Below are positions 17,831 through 28,060 of a DNA stretch of 64,000 nucleotides, one piece after another. Position 1 is the stretch's first letter. The number at the start of each line of letters is the position of its first letter. Both the position numbers and the translations under genes were made by a program. The stretch lies in IMG/VR virus record IMGVR_UViG_3300028592_000008, positions 8,428 through 72,427 of that record, one strand, 5' to 3'. Source of the DNA: a virus. The notes below the pieces were generated by a model. That model searched no databases. It had not been told where the DNA came from and saw nothing but the letters and a program-made list of their open reading frames with translations.

Positions 17831-20176
17831 ATGGACATTTTGCAGAATCGGCAGCCGAACGTGGTGAAGCGGCTCGCGGCGCTTTGGTCGACAAAGATCA
17901 AGGCGGGCGTCGAGGCGCGGAAGACGTTCGACAACATCGCCGACCAGTGCCGCATGTTCATGTACGCCCCCAACGGCTTTCTCTGGGACGAGGGGTATCG
18001 CCGCCGCTTCAAGATCGAGGCGGAGGTGCCGAAGTTCCAGGTCACCATCAACAAGCTGTTCGAGCTTGTCGCGATCGTAGGCCCATACATCTATTGGGAT
18101 TACGCGGACCGCAAGGTGTCGTCACTGGTCCCGGTGGACATCGTCGAAGGGGCTTTCGGCGAGGGGATGGACCAGCAGGTCGAGCAACTCCGGATGGAGC
18201 AGCAGTTCCAAGCGAACCGCATGGAACAGGCCTGCAAGCTGTTCGAGAAGGTTCTGAATCACACGCAGCGGAGCCAGCGGAACGGGGGGCTGATTTCGGA
18301 AGGCCGGCAGATCGTCCAGGACTTCCTCATGACCGGCTGGGGGATTGCCTGGCCGGAGGTGACGAGCAGTCCCGGGCTCCCGCGGAAGATCACCGGCTGC
18401 TACCGCATGGACCCGAAGGAGATGGTCGTCGATCCGGACTGTTCGGATCCGACCCTTGAGAGCGCGGGCTGGGTCGGGCGGCGACGGATCACGCCGCACT
18501 ACCAGCTCGAGCGGATGTTCGGCCGGAAGCCCGGGTCGCTGAAGCAGTACGCCACGGTTCAGGGCACGGACGCGATGGCGGATCAGGCCTCGCGCAAGGG
18601 CCGGAAGTTCAGCCAGTCGTTCGATCACGTCGTCTGGTTCGAGATTTACAGCAAGTGCGGGATCGGGTTCAACCTGTCGAATTCGATCCGCGACGAGCGG
18701 GGGAAGTTCGAGGAGCCGCTCATGTCGCCGGTTGAGCAGATGCTCGACGACGATGTGCAGGACTTCGCCTACGTCTGCGTGATCCCCGGGCACGACGTCA
18801 TCCTCAACCTCGAGAAACCGCTCCCGGAGATGACGAGCGAGGAGGTGCAGGACGCCTTCCGCTGGCCGTTCCAGAGCTACAAGGCGGACCGCTGGCCGTT
18901 CGCGAAGTACGCCTGCTACTCGGATGGCACGGGGCCGTATCCGATCGCCCCGCTGGCCCCAGCGCTCGGCCACCTGATCTGCATCTCCGTCCTGACCGCG
19001 GCCTACGTCGAGAAGGCGTGGACGAACCGGAAGGACATCATCGCGGTTCTCGACACGTACTACAAAGACTTGACCGAGGCGCTCAAGTCGAACAACAGCG
19101 AGACGATCGTCAAACTGTCGAAGGAACTCGGGAAGCCGATCAACGAGCTGATCCAGTTCCTCCAGCGCCCGGATCAGAATTACGACATCCTCAAGGCGCT
19201 CGAGTGGGAGACCCAGAACTTCCGGGAATCCTCGGGGCTGTACGAGGTTCTGTACGCCGCGTCCGCCGGGATCGAGCGTTCCGCGGAGGGGACGAAGCAG
19301 AAGGCCAAGTCCGCGTCGATCCGCCCGGACGATATGTCCGCGCAGTTCGGCCGGTTCATGGGCGAGCTTGCCTACCTGGAGCTCCTGCTGATGTGGGAAA
19401 AGCTGGACCCGGACGACGTGGTCGACATTCTGGGTGTCGGCGGGGACATGCTCTGGCAGGAGTTCGTGCTCTCCCTGCAGGAGACCGAGGTCTACCGGAT
19501 GTGCCGGGTGGAGGTGTCGGCGACGGACATGCGGCGCCCGGACCGGGACAAGGAGCTCGCGGATCTGAAGGAAGTCATCCCGGTCATCATGCCGATGCTG
19601 CAGCTTGCCGCGCAGTCCGGGACGCCGGAGGGGATCGAGCCAATCAACGTGCTGATGCGTCAGTTTGCGAAGGCACTCAACTGGAAGGAGCCGATCCAGT
19701 TCGCTCCGATCCAGCCGCCGGCCCCTCCGCCGGAAGTCGCGGAGCAGCAGACCCGGATGACCGAGGCCGAGATCGCGAAGACGGAAGCCGACGCCGCTCT
19801 CAAGGGTGCGCAGGCTCAGGCCGCGGGTGCGGACGGCGAGGGCGAGATGGCGATGCGAGAGCAGGAACTCGAGCACGACCGGATCCGAATGGACATGGAA
19901 CTCGAGAAGGGTCAGCAGGAGATGGCGCTCGAGGGGGCGAAGGGCGAGCAGCAGATGGCCCTCGATGGAGCCAAGGCCCGGCAGTCGATGATGCTCGCCG
20001 CCGCGCAGGGGCGTCAGCAACTCGACCTGACCAGCGCGAAGGGGGCGCTGGACCTGAAGAGTGCTATCCTGAAGTCGCAGCTCGCTCTCCGGCAGCAGTC
20101 GGAAATGGGCGACGCGAAGGTGGCGACGGCAAAGAAGATGGCCGCCGCCAAGCCGAAGACTTCAACGCAGGGGTGA
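17831..20176 (+). CDS. Portal protein (P22-like, C-terminal coiled-coil)
   Basis: 781 aa after TerL; VTINKLFELV, FLMTGWGIA, MVVDPD, FRESSGLYE; Q/E/M-rich helical tail. Confidence 0.8.
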   Translation: MDILQNRQPNVVKRLAALWSTKIKAGVEARKTFDNIADQCRMFMYAPNGFLWDEGYRRRFKIEAEVPKFQVTINKLFELVAIVGPYIYWDYADRKVSSLVPVDIVEGAFGEGMDQQVEQLRMEQQFQANRMEQACKLFEKVLNHTQRSQRNGGLISEGRQIVQDFLMTGWGIAWPEVTSSPGLPRKITGCYRMDPKEMVVDPDCSDPTLESAGWVGRRRITPHYQLERMFGRKPGSLKQYATVQGTDAMADQASRKGRKFSQSFDHVVWFEIYSKCGIGFNLSNSIRDERGKFEEPLMSPVEQMLDDDVQDFAYVCVIPGHDVILNLEKPLPEMTSEEVQDAFRWPFQSYKADRWPFAKYACYSDGTGPYPIAPLAPALGHLICISVLTAAYVEKAWTNRKDIIAVLDTYYKDLTEALKSNNSETIVKLSKELGKPINELIQFLQRPDQNYDILKALEWETQNFRESSGLYEVLYAASAGIERSAEGTKQKAKSASIRPDDMSAQFGRFMGELAYLELLLMWEKLDPDDVVDILGVGGDMLWQEFVLSLQETEVYRMCRVEVSATDMRRPDRDKELADLKEVIPVIMPMLQLAAQSGTPEGIEPINVLMRQFAKALNWKEPIQFAPIQPPAPPPEVAEQQTRMTEAEIAKTEADAALKGAQAQAAGADGEGEMAMREQELEHDRIRMDMELEKGQQEMALEGAKGEQQMALDGAKARQSMMLAAAQGRQQLDLTSAKGALDLKSAILKSQLALRQQSEMGDAKVATAKKMAAAKPKTSTQG

Positions 20177-20180
20177 CACT

Positions 20181-20948
20181 GTGGGGATTCGTTTTGAGGT
20201 GGTCGATGGTCAAGTCGTTCGCGTCGGGGGTCCGCCCTCGAAGGCCGAGGAAGCCCGGGTTCGGCGCAATCGTCGGGCCCTGGCGGAGTCAAAGCCCGTC
20301 GTGGTCGAGGAAACGCTCGAGGCTCCGCCGGCCGACTTCGCTGGAACGGCCGAGGATTACGCGCGATTCAAGCGGGAAGTCCGCCGCCGGGTGAACGGCC
20401 GGGAAGTCACCGAGGAGGAGTTCCGCGTTTCCCGGGAAACGAAACGGGAGGAGCTCGACGCCAATTTGCAGGGGATCATCGAGTCAAAGAAGTTCCCCGG
20501 GATCAAGGGGGACGACACGACCTTCAACAACGCCACCCGGTACTCCGACCTGGTGAAGCGGTACGGCGAGAAGAAGGTCAAGCGGATGATGGCCAAGGCC
20601 CGGAAGGCGGGCGTTCCTGTCGGCCCGGACTGGACTTACGACGCCGGACTCGCGACGGGGGCGGAGTCGCCGGACGGGTGGATCGCTCCCACGGAAACGC
20701 GGGGGGACATCAAGCGGCGGATCCGGAAGTCCGGGGGAGTGTGCGAGGACTTCGGGGTGAAGGCCCGGCCGCTGGAGAAAGATCCGCACGAGCGGGTCCA
20801 CCGGCTCGCCCCGGATCTCGTGAATGAGCAGGTCGTCCAGAAGCTCCGCGCGGACGGGGACCTGCTGGCGCGGGTGAAGGAGAAGCCCCGGAAGATCCGG
20901 GAACTCAAGGAAGCCGTCATCGATAAGCATGGGGCGAAGGGAAAATGA
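20181..20948 (+). CDS. Hypothetical protein
   Basis: 255-aa basic ORF after portal. Confidence 0.7.
   Translation: MGIRFEVVDGQVVRVGGPPSKAEEARVRRNRRALAESKPVVVEETLEAPPADFAGTAEDYARFKREVRRRVNGREVTEEEFRVSRETKREELDANLQGIIESKKFPGIKGDDTTFNNATRYSDLVKRYGEKKVKRMMAKARKAGVPVGPDWTYDAGLATGAESPDGWIAPTETRGDIKRRIRKSGGVCEDFGVKARPLEKDPHERVHRLAPDLVNEQVVQKLRADGDLLARVKEKPRKIRELKEAVIDKHGAKGK
20426..20441. repeat. 16-bp palindrome, copy 4
   Basis: CGTTTCCCGGGAAACG exact. Confidence 0.95.
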
Positions 20949-22108
20949 GCCAGCGACTCGACGTTGATCGTTCTCAGCCACTTCCGACATGGCAGGATGC
21001 CGTGGACGAAGTGCTGCTGGCGTTTGATGTCGACGCGCGGGGGCGGCACCTGCAGTGGGCCCGGCGGGCCGTACGGCAGGCTGGGCGGGACTTTGCCGGG
21101 AAGTGGAACTGGACGTACTACCTCCGGCATCAGACCGTGCAGACGCTTGCTCCGTTCTCGGACGGGACGATCGCGATGACGACCGGCGGCGTGGTGACGC
21201 TGACCGGCGCGACGTGGCCGGCGGACATGCTCTACCGCCGGCTGCTGATCTCGGATCAGGTCTACTTCGTGACGTCGATCACGAGCTCGACCGTGTTGAC
21301 CGTCTCCGGGCCGCCGATCACCGCGATCGCCTCGGGGAGTTCGTACCAGGCCCTCCTCGCGGAGTACCCGCTCCCGCAGAACACCAGGCGGATCACCGAG
21401 CTTGTCCCGACGTCTGGCGTGACGGCGTGCGTCTACACGCCACCGGATCAAGCCCTGCAGTACCGAAGCTGGCAGAACACCGCGGGCAATCCCTCGAGCT
21501 ACACGATCCGCGGGGACCAGAAGCGAGCCGGCCGCCAGGTCATCGAGTTCTCGCCGATGCCCACTTCGGCCCGGCGGTACGAGTTCATGACCTACGCTTC
21601 GCCAGGGGACGCGGAGCCGAAGATGTATCCCGGCGGTTCGTACCAGTACAACGTCGGGAACGCGACGTGGTCGGACGGCGGGACGACGATCACCGGCGCC
21701 GGGACCGCGTGGACGGAGAGCATGGTCGGTTCGATCATCCGCTTCTCGTCGATCAAGTCGCCGCCGGATGGGGAGTTCGGGAAAAATCCCGCAGTCGCCG
21801 CGAGGGTCGTCACGGCGGTCGGAAGCGGGACGTCGCTGACGGTGGACGAGGCGATGGAGGGGGCCGGGTCGCAGCTTGGCTACTCGATCTCCGATCCGCT
21901 CGATGTCCCCCCGGAGATGTGGAACTTCTTCGTCCGGATGGCGGAGTACGAGTTCGCGAAGGGCACCAAAGGCGGCCCGGAGCTTCAGTTCCGCAGGGAC
22001 AATTACCTGATGGCGCTCGAGGGGGCCATGGTGGCTGACCAGGCGATGCGTCCGCCGCAGTGGGGCTCCTGGGCTTGGATTCCGATTACGCAGGTGCTCC
22101 CGGTATGA
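20945..22108 (+). CDS. Head-tail adaptor protein with beta-sheet insertions
   Basis: KWNWTY, EYPLP, GNPSSY, IEFSPMP, LDVPPE pattern of phage adaptor proteins. Confidence 0.7.
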   Translation: MSQRLDVDRSQPLPTWQDAVDEVLLAFDVDARGRHLQWARRAVRQAGRDFAGKWNWTYYLRHQTVQTLAPFSDGTIAMTTGGVVTLTGATWPADMLYRRLLISDQVYFVTSITSSTVLTVSGPPITAIASGSSYQALLAEYPLPQNTRRITELVPTSGVTACVYTPPDQALQYRSWQNTAGNPSSYTIRGDQKRAGRQVIEFSPMPTSARRYEFMTYASPGDAEPKMYPGGSYQYNVGNATWSDGGTTITGAGTAWTESMVGSIIRFSSIKSPPDGEFGKNPAVAARVVTAVGSGTSLTVDEAMEGAGSQLGYSISDPLDVPPEMWNFFVRMAEYEFAKGTKGGPELQFRRDNYLMALEGAMVADQAMRPPQWGSWAWIPITQVLPV

Positions 22109-22635
22109 GCGAACGAATCTACCAGTGGGAGGCGATCTGCTGGATCCGGACGGAGCTCAAGAACGTCAAGTTCGCGGGCTTCCCTGGCATCGAGGCGATC
22201 CCGGAAGAGAACATCGTCGTCCACCCGTTCACGCTCGACCAGGACAGCAACGACGACTGGCTGCGGGAGTTGCGGCCGGGGGTCGTCATCAGCCCGGCGA
22301 GGACGGCGTCGGTCGGCGGAAGTCTGAACTGCGAAGACGACGTCGATTACCCGATCACGATCCAGTTCTTCGACCGTGACATGAGCACGCGCCCGGACGA
22401 GGAGCGGCTGCAGGGGTGGCTCCTCTGGCAGCAGAAGGCCCGGCAGATTTTCAGCGAGACGGACTGTCGCGGAGAGATCCCGGACCTGCTCTGGATGTCC
22501 GTTCCGAGCCAGCAGTGGGTCGAGAAGCAGCGGTTCCAGCGGCACCGCTTGGCGTTGTGGGCGATGCCCGTTGTCGTGAAGATGCGTGAGCCGCGGGCGG
22601 CGAGCAGCCGGTCCGGCGGGATCAACGGGGAGTGA
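22105..22635 (+). CDS. Putative tail terminator/completion protein
   Basis: About 176 aa between adaptor and tail tube. Confidence 0.5.
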   Translation: MSERIYQWEAICWIRTELKNVKFAGFPGIEAIPEENIVVHPFTLDQDSNDDWLRELRPGVVISPARTASVGGSLNCEDDVDYPITIQFFDRDMSTRPDEERLQGWLLWQQKARQIFSETDCRGEIPDLLWMSVPSQQWVEKQRFQRHRLALWAMPVVVKMREPRAASSRSGGINGE

Positions 22636-22638
22636 GCG

Positions 22639-23526
22639 ATGGCAGACGAAGGTGAACAGTCCGCGTTCGGCCAGTTCGCGATCGGCGGCTACAAGATGTG
22701 CTTCATGCGCATCCTTCCGATCGACACGGCGAAGATCAAGGATCACTCCGACGATCTGAACTGCGGCACCCGCGCGCGGTCCGCCGACGACCAGTCGCCG
22801 TCGATCATCACGCCGGGGCTGAACGTGCTCCTGCAGCCGACCCCGGAGGAGCTGGCCGTCCTGCTGCCCCTGATCGGGTTCACGCTCGACACGACCTACA
22901 AGTGGACGGACACGGCACTTCCGTCGTTCAACATGAAGTGGGACCGCGGGGTGGCGGCGGCGATCCGCGCGTACACGGGGGCCAAGGTCGACCAGGCTCA
23001 GTTCTACAGCGTGAAGGGGTCGGCGCTGATCCTGTCCCTCCGGATCTTCGCCATGACGATCTCGGACGGCGCGACGTTCACGGAGGCGCCGGTCGCCAAC
23101 AACTCGACGCCGTTCGTTCACAGCCAAGGGGTCATCAATCTGGACGGATCCGCCCGGAAGTACACCCGGGTCCAATACTCGGTTTCGAACCGGCTGACGG
23201 TCGAGCACAACAACTCGGTCTACCCCACGAACATCGACGCCGGGGACCGGATCGAGCAGGTCTCCGTCAACTTCCCGGCGAATACCGAGCACGAGGATCT
23301 GATCGCCGAAGGGTGGGGAGCGACTCGCGCGGACGGGATCGCCGGGGATCTGCAGTTCACCCGCGGGGGCAAGAGCGTCCTGTTCGATTGGGACGTCATG
23401 AAGGCGGACGGCAAGGAGCCGCCGATCCCGCCGCGTGGGCAGGAGATCCGATTCGACCAGACTTGGAGCGTCTACAAGGGCGAGGCAGCCTCCTCGACGA
23501 TCGTCACCCTCGACACGACGGCTTGA
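22639..23526 (+). CDS. Tail tube protein
   Basis: 295 aa; LPSFNMKWDRG...YTGAKVDQAQF...YSVSNRL resembles phage tube families. Confidence 0.7.
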   Translation: MADEGEQSAFGQFAIGGYKMCFMRILPIDTAKIKDHSDDLNCGTRARSADDQSPSIITPGLNVLLQPTPEELAVLLPLIGFTLDTTYKWTDTALPSFNMKWDRGVAAAIRAYTGAKVDQAQFYSVKGSALILSLRIFAMTISDGATFTEAPVANNSTPFVHSQGVINLDGSARKYTRVQYSVSNRLTVEHNNSVYPTNIDAGDRIEQVSVNFPANTEHEDLIAEGWGATRADGIAGDLQFTRGGKSVLFDWDVMKADGKEPPIPPRGQEIRFDQTWSVYKGEAASSTIVTLDTTA

Positions 23527-23529
23527 GCC

Positions 23530-24231
23530 ATGGAATTCATCCCGGACGGCTACAATCGGGTGGCCGAGATTTCCGGCGGGCGGAAGCTCGTGTTCCGGCC
23601 GCTCGTCCGCGAGTCCCGGGTGCAGGCCGTGGGGATCGCCAGGTCGCTCGACAAGCCGACCGGCTGGAGCTTCCTCGAGGAGATCGCCCGGACGCGGATC
23701 ATCCATCCGCGCGAGATCGGGGATCTGCTCCCGGAGGACATGAAGATCATTTTCGGCCAGGACTCCTCGGCCGCGCAGCTCGCGGACGTCGAGAACCTCC
23801 GGGCCGGGGTCGAGTTCGCCCTGCAGTACCCGCACCTGATCGACGTCGAGTGCAGCCAGTGCCGGGCGTGGTGGTTCTCTCCGCTGGAAGGTAGGCTGGT
23901 CCGGGATGCGGACGGGAAGCCTTACCGGCGGACGGACGAGCCGCTCCTGTGCGAGACTGGCGATTGCCCGTTGGGGCATTACAGTTCACGCAAAGGGTTT
24001 ACGCCGAAGAATCGGCTGGCCTTCCGTCACTGGCAGCGATGCAAACTGACGGGCGTATTCCCGGACGACGAAATCGTGCGGCGGAATGCGGGAGTGATCC
24101 AGGAGGTTCTCGATGGACGACGATCTCGAAAACTGGCAGGAGGCGGAAGAGCCGCTGCCGGAAGCGGAAGAGATGATCGTTTCCCGGGAAACGCCGGAGG
24201 AGCCATCCGAGGAGGAGCCGTCACCGCCTGA
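23530..24231 (+). CDS. Putative tail assembly chaperone
   Basis: Directly after tube gene; FIPDGY N-terminus; Cys motifs. Confidence 0.5.
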   Translation: MEFIPDGYNRVAEISGGRKLVFRPLVRESRVQAVGIARSLDKPTGWSFLEEIARTRIIHPREIGDLLPEDMKIIFGQDSSAAQLADVENLRAGVEFALQYPHLIDVECSQCRAWWFSPLEGRLVRDADGKPYRRTDEPLLCETGDCPLGHYSSRKGFTPKNRLAFRHWQRCKLTGVFPDDEIVRRNAGVIQEVLDGRRSRKLAGGGRAAAGSGRDDRFPGNAGGAIRGGAVTA

Positions 24232-24622
24232 GCCGGCAGAAATGCCGGAGGGGGAACAAGTTGGGTCTGACGAAGATGTTCCGGTTGATCCGCCAGAGGA
24301 GGACGTCCCGCCGCCACCGGAGGCAACGGGAATGGCGGAGTTCGGACTTCAGGAGGATTCCGCCGCCGAGGCGTCTCCGATGGCGGAGTCTGACGGGCCG
24401 CCCCCGGACCCGGATGCCGTAGACGAGCCGGAGCGGACGGAGGGCCCGGATGATACGACGCTCTTGGAGATGGCGCAGAAGTACACCGACTCGAACATGG
24501 AATACAAGCCGACGCAGTACGAGGCGGAGGAGTCGGCCCGCGGCGGCGGGGTGACCCGGGGCGAAGTGCAGGAGATGCTCAGCCAGTCGCTCTATCAGAA
24601 TCAGGCGGGGGCGTTCGGATGA
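24113..24622 (+). CDS. Highly acidic Pro/Glu-rich protein (contains palindrome copy 5 at 24178-24193)
   Basis: GGAGG RBS; 169 aa; ATGA coupling to next gene. Confidence 0.65.
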   Translation: MDDDLENWQEAEEPLPEAEEMIVSRETPEEPSEEEPSPPEPAEMPEGEQVGSDEDVPVDPPEEDVPPPPEATGMAEFGLQEDSAAEASPMAESDGPPPDPDAVDEPERTEGPDDTTLLEMAQKYTDSNMEYKPTQYEAEESARGGGVTRGEVQEMLSQSLYQNQAGAFG

Positions 24623-25341
24623 TTCTCAAGGTCGGCGCGACGTCACTGCCGCAGAACGAGGTCCGGCTCCGCCAGGTCGAGAAGACGGGGATCATCGGGC
24701 CCCGCGGGTATTTCAACGGCTACCGGATGCGGGCGGTCATCAGCGGGATCGTGCGGGAGGCGACTCAGTCCGCGCTCAAGACGACGGTCGACGCCCGGAT
24801 CGCGCTGTTCAACTCGAAGGACTACAACCGGGACATAGGGCTGTATTTCAACAACGGGACGACGCCGACGAGCGACATCCTCACGGCGACCGGCAGCACA
24901 AACGGCGTGGTGATCCGGAACGTCACCTGGTCCGACGAGGGCTCGGCCCGCGGGGCGATGGTCGAGTGGGTGTACTACCGGCATTACACGTTCGTCGCCG
25001 ACGTCGAGTTCGCGGACGCATCCCAGAGCACGGTCGTCTCTTACAGCGAGGGTCTCGAGATCATCGGGGACGGAAGCTCCGACTACGCGATCCTCGAGTG
25101 CCTCACGGCGACCCCGCAACCACAAACGACAAAGCTGTTCACGAAGCAGGCGTTCCGGCAGTGGGGGAGCGCGGTCGGACTGCTGACATACGAAGCGTTC
25201 CCGCTTCCACTGGCGACGCCGAAGCCGAAGGGGATCCGCCGGTCCCGGCTCAGTCCGCAGGTCCGCGGCCGGCTGGTCGATCGGAACTGGCCTTGTAGCT
25301 GGTCGTATTACGGCGAAGCGACGGGAGGCCTCGATTTCTGA
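24619..25341 (+). CDS. Putative tail tip/distal tail protein
   Basis: Beta-rich ORF within tail operon. Confidence 0.5.
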   Translation: MILKVGATSLPQNEVRLRQVEKTGIIGPRGYFNGYRMRAVISGIVREATQSALKTTVDARIALFNSKDYNRDIGLYFNNGTTPTSDILTATGSTNGVVIRNVTWSDEGSARGAMVEWVYYRHYTFVADVEFADASQSTVVSYSEGLEIIGDGSSDYAILECLTATPQPQTTKLFTKQAFRQWGSAVGLLTYEAFPLPLATPKPKGIRRSRLSPQVRGRLVDRNWPCSWSYYGEATGGLDF

Positions 25342-26972
25342 TGTCACTGAGCGTTTCATTCCCGGGGCTCGTCGGAACGCGGCGGGGGACCTACACCGGC
25401 GTCCATGGGATGCAGCCGGGGGTCGCCGTCGTGGAGACCGTTCCGCAGACGATCTCGACGACGGTCGGAAGCTTGGTCCTGTCGGATGCCTCCACGTCGC
25501 TGACGCTGACCGGGGCGCTCCTGTCCGAGACAGGGGTTCGGGCGAACGGTGAGCGAACGATCCAGGTCAACTACCTGAAGGATCGCCGCTGGCGGTGGCA
25601 GAAGCCGATCTGCGTTGGGGAGTGGAATGTCCCGCTCCCAGACGGAACGGTCGACTCGGCGACGCAGAAGTCCGCCCGGGAGCTGGTGTCGGAACTGTTC
25701 GATTCCATGGGGGAGACCGTCGACTGCACGGCCCTTCCGGCGGACGACTACCCGCACGTCGAGTGGCGGGGGCGGAAGTCCTGGGTTGAGTGCCAGGAGC
25801 TCATGGCGCGGTACGGCTGCGACGTCGCACCGAACTTCTTCACGGACACGTTCGTCGTCGTCCGGCTGAACGCCGGGGCGTCGCTGCCGACCGGCGGGAC
25901 GGAAATGAGCGTCTCGGTGGGGACGAGCTTCGACCCTTGGCCGGACATCATCGGGATCATCTGCGGGCGGTCGATCTGGGAAACGAAGTTCGTCCTGCAG
26001 GCGGTTGCCCCGGACACGGACGGGCAGATCAAGGCGATCGACGATCTGAGCTATGCGCCGGCGGAGGGCTGGGCGGCGCACGGCGGGGTGAACACGACGG
26101 GCGAGGGGGACCTGACGAACCTGATACCGACCGCGGGGGCGCAGGCGTACGGCCTCGCGAATCGGTACATCTACCGGATGTATCAGATCGCCTCGATCGT
26201 CGGAGGGGAGCTCGCGGACGGGACGATCCCGGCGTCGGTCGAGCACTGCCTGCCCCTCGAGCGGGAGAGGCTGCTGACCTACAACACGGCGAACGAGCAG
26301 TACCGAGCGCCGGCGCTGGTGGAGGGGACGTTTTTGATTCAGGCGGCCCCGGACGCGCTCGAGAACTCGGCCGAATTCACGCAGGTCGACACGCCGTTCA
26401 CGATCAACCGGGAGAAGGGGTACATTCTCTTCGCGGTTCCGGTCGTCAAGGTCAGCGAATCGAACGACCAGATCCTCCCGGCGACGCTCTACCTGACCAC
26501 CGCCCATTACGTCCAGGACGAGACGAAGAACTTCCTGCGGTACTACCAGACGCTCACGATCGCGTCGAACGGGGTTCCTTCCGAGGGCCGGCTCCGCGAG
26601 GAGTACCGGGCGATGATCCGCGGCGTCTACACCGGGGAGACGCTGGACGACACGATCACGAACGAGACGGCCCTGACCGGGACGATCGACATTGAGCTGG
26701 CGGCATGGGCGAACAGCTACGTCGTGCAGTCGGCGACGGCGATCACCTACGCGAACCTTCAGGCGATCGGCCTCTCAGGGAAGATTCGGGCGGTGACCTG
26801 GACGGTGGACTGCGGCGACCCCGGGGACGGCTACTGCATCACGCAGGGGACCGAGAACTCGGAGTGCATCATCGGCATCATCCCGCGTTGGGCCCGGTAT
26901 CGGAACGCTATGTCCGAGCCATACTACGCGAGCTCCGGATACCGGCGGCGCAGAATGCGTGGGCGTGAATGA
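25341..26972 (+). CDS. Putative baseplate hub/tail tip protein
   Basis: 543 aa; LKDRRWRW; position in tail operon. Confidence 0.5.
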   Translation: MSLSVSFPGLVGTRRGTYTGVHGMQPGVAVVETVPQTISTTVGSLVLSDASTSLTLTGALLSETGVRANGERTIQVNYLKDRRWRWQKPICVGEWNVPLPDGTVDSATQKSARELVSELFDSMGETVDCTALPADDYPHVEWRGRKSWVECQELMARYGCDVAPNFFTDTFVVVRLNAGASLPTGGTEMSVSVGTSFDPWPDIIGIICGRSIWETKFVLQAVAPDTDGQIKAIDDLSYAPAEGWAAHGGVNTTGEGDLTNLIPTAGAQAYGLANRYIYRMYQIASIVGGELADGTIPASVEHCLPLERERLLTYNTANEQYRAPALVEGTFLIQAAPDALENSAEFTQVDTPFTINREKGYILFAVPVVKVSESNDQILPATLYLTTAHYVQDETKNFLRYYQTLTIASNGVPSEGRLREEYRAMIRGVYTGETLDDTITNETALTGTIDIELAAWANSYVVQSATAITYANLQAIGLSGKIRAVTWTVDCGDPGDGYCITQGTENSECIIGIIPRWARYRNAMSEPYYASSGYRRRRMRGRE

Positions 26973-28060
26973 CCCCGATCAGCTTTCGAAACGACAGCGG
27001 CGAGACGATCCCGTCCTACGCGATCGTCGGGCTGGCGTACGTGGCGTCCCCGGCGACGGGGAGGAAGGTGGCCTCCGGGGACCAGATCGTCAATTCGTCG
27101 AATCCGTGGGTCGTCAACTCCCGGGTCGCGGTGTCGAGTGACGGCCCTGGCTGGGGGTTCGGTTCCGCGAATCGGTACGAGTGGATCGCGTACGAATCGG
27201 CGGATGGGACGCCCGCTGTCGGGGACGAGTGGGGGCCGAAGGCGGACAGTTGGAAGCTCCGGCGCGCGGCGGCCGGGTGCCGGATCGTCTCAGTCGGGAG
27301 CGGCGTCGTCTTTTGCGAGATCATGGGGCGATCCGGGATTCGGGTCGCGTACTGCACGCAGAAGTGCAAGAAGGGGCAGACGAAGACGTTCCAGCTCCGC
27401 GAGGGGTATGGGTCGAGCGAGGCCGGCGCGGAGATCCAGGTCAAGAATCGGATCTACGGGACGATCAGCTCGGGGACTCCCTGTTACGTCTCGGAAATCT
27501 ACGGGACGTGGGAGGTCATCGCTGTCAATGACGACGACGAGTCCGACTCCTCGAGCTCGAACACGGGGACTGGAACGGCGACAGACACCGGGACTGGAAC
27601 GGGCGACACTGGAACGGGCGACACTGGAACGGGCACGGGGACCGGCGACACCGGAACGGGGACCGGCAAGGACACCGCGGTCGTCAAGGCCGACTGGTCG
27701 CCCGGGGGCTACGCGGCTCTGTTCGTCGAGGAATCCCCGGAGGTCCGCTTCAACGATGTGATGGTCGTCGAGATGCGGGAGTTGTCCGGGAGTTTTGACA
27801 TCGACCCGCGGTTCGTGAAGGTTTGCGAGCGGGACACGATTGAGGTCTGCGGCTTCTCCGTGGACGGGGCCGTCGCGGTGGGAGCCCGCGCGAGAAATGG
27901 CCGGGTGACGGTTTCGCACAGCGGCGTTCCCGGGAACACGATGCGGATCGTCCTGCGACTGACCGGCATCCGCAAAGGCTTCAAGGGCGTGCGGTTCCCA
28001 GAACGGACCCGGGACGAGTTCATGGCGAACGAAGCCTGGCTCAAGCGGGGTGCGAAGTGA
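26969..28060 (+). CDS. Virion structural protein with Ser/Thr/Gly linker
   Basis: FRNDSGETIPSYA N-terminus; TGTGD repeats; C-terminal ALFVEESPEVRFND domain. Confidence 0.65.
   Translation: MTPISFRNDSGETIPSYAIVGLAYVASPATGRKVASGDQIVNSSNPWVVNSRVAVSSDGPGWGFGSANRYEWIAYESADGTPAVGDEWGPKADSWKLRRAAAGCRIVSVGSGVVFCEIMGRSGIRVAYCTQKCKKGQTKTFQLREGYGSSEAGAEIQVKNRIYGTISSGTPCYVSEIYGTWEVIAVNDDDESDSSSSNTGTGTATDTGTGTGDTGTGDTGTGTGTGDTGTGTGKDTAVVKADWSPGGYAALFVEESPEVRFNDVMVVEMRELSGSFDIDPRFVKVCERDTIEVCGFSVDGAVAVGARARNGRVTVSHSGVPGNTMRIVLRLTGIRKGFKGVRFPERTRDEFMANEAWLKRGAK
27563..27667 (+). repeat. Coding tandem repeat (15-bp unit ACTGGAACGGGCGAC and variants)
   Basis: Encodes TGTGTATDTGTGTGDTGTGDTGTGTGTGDTGTGTG. Confidence 0.85.
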
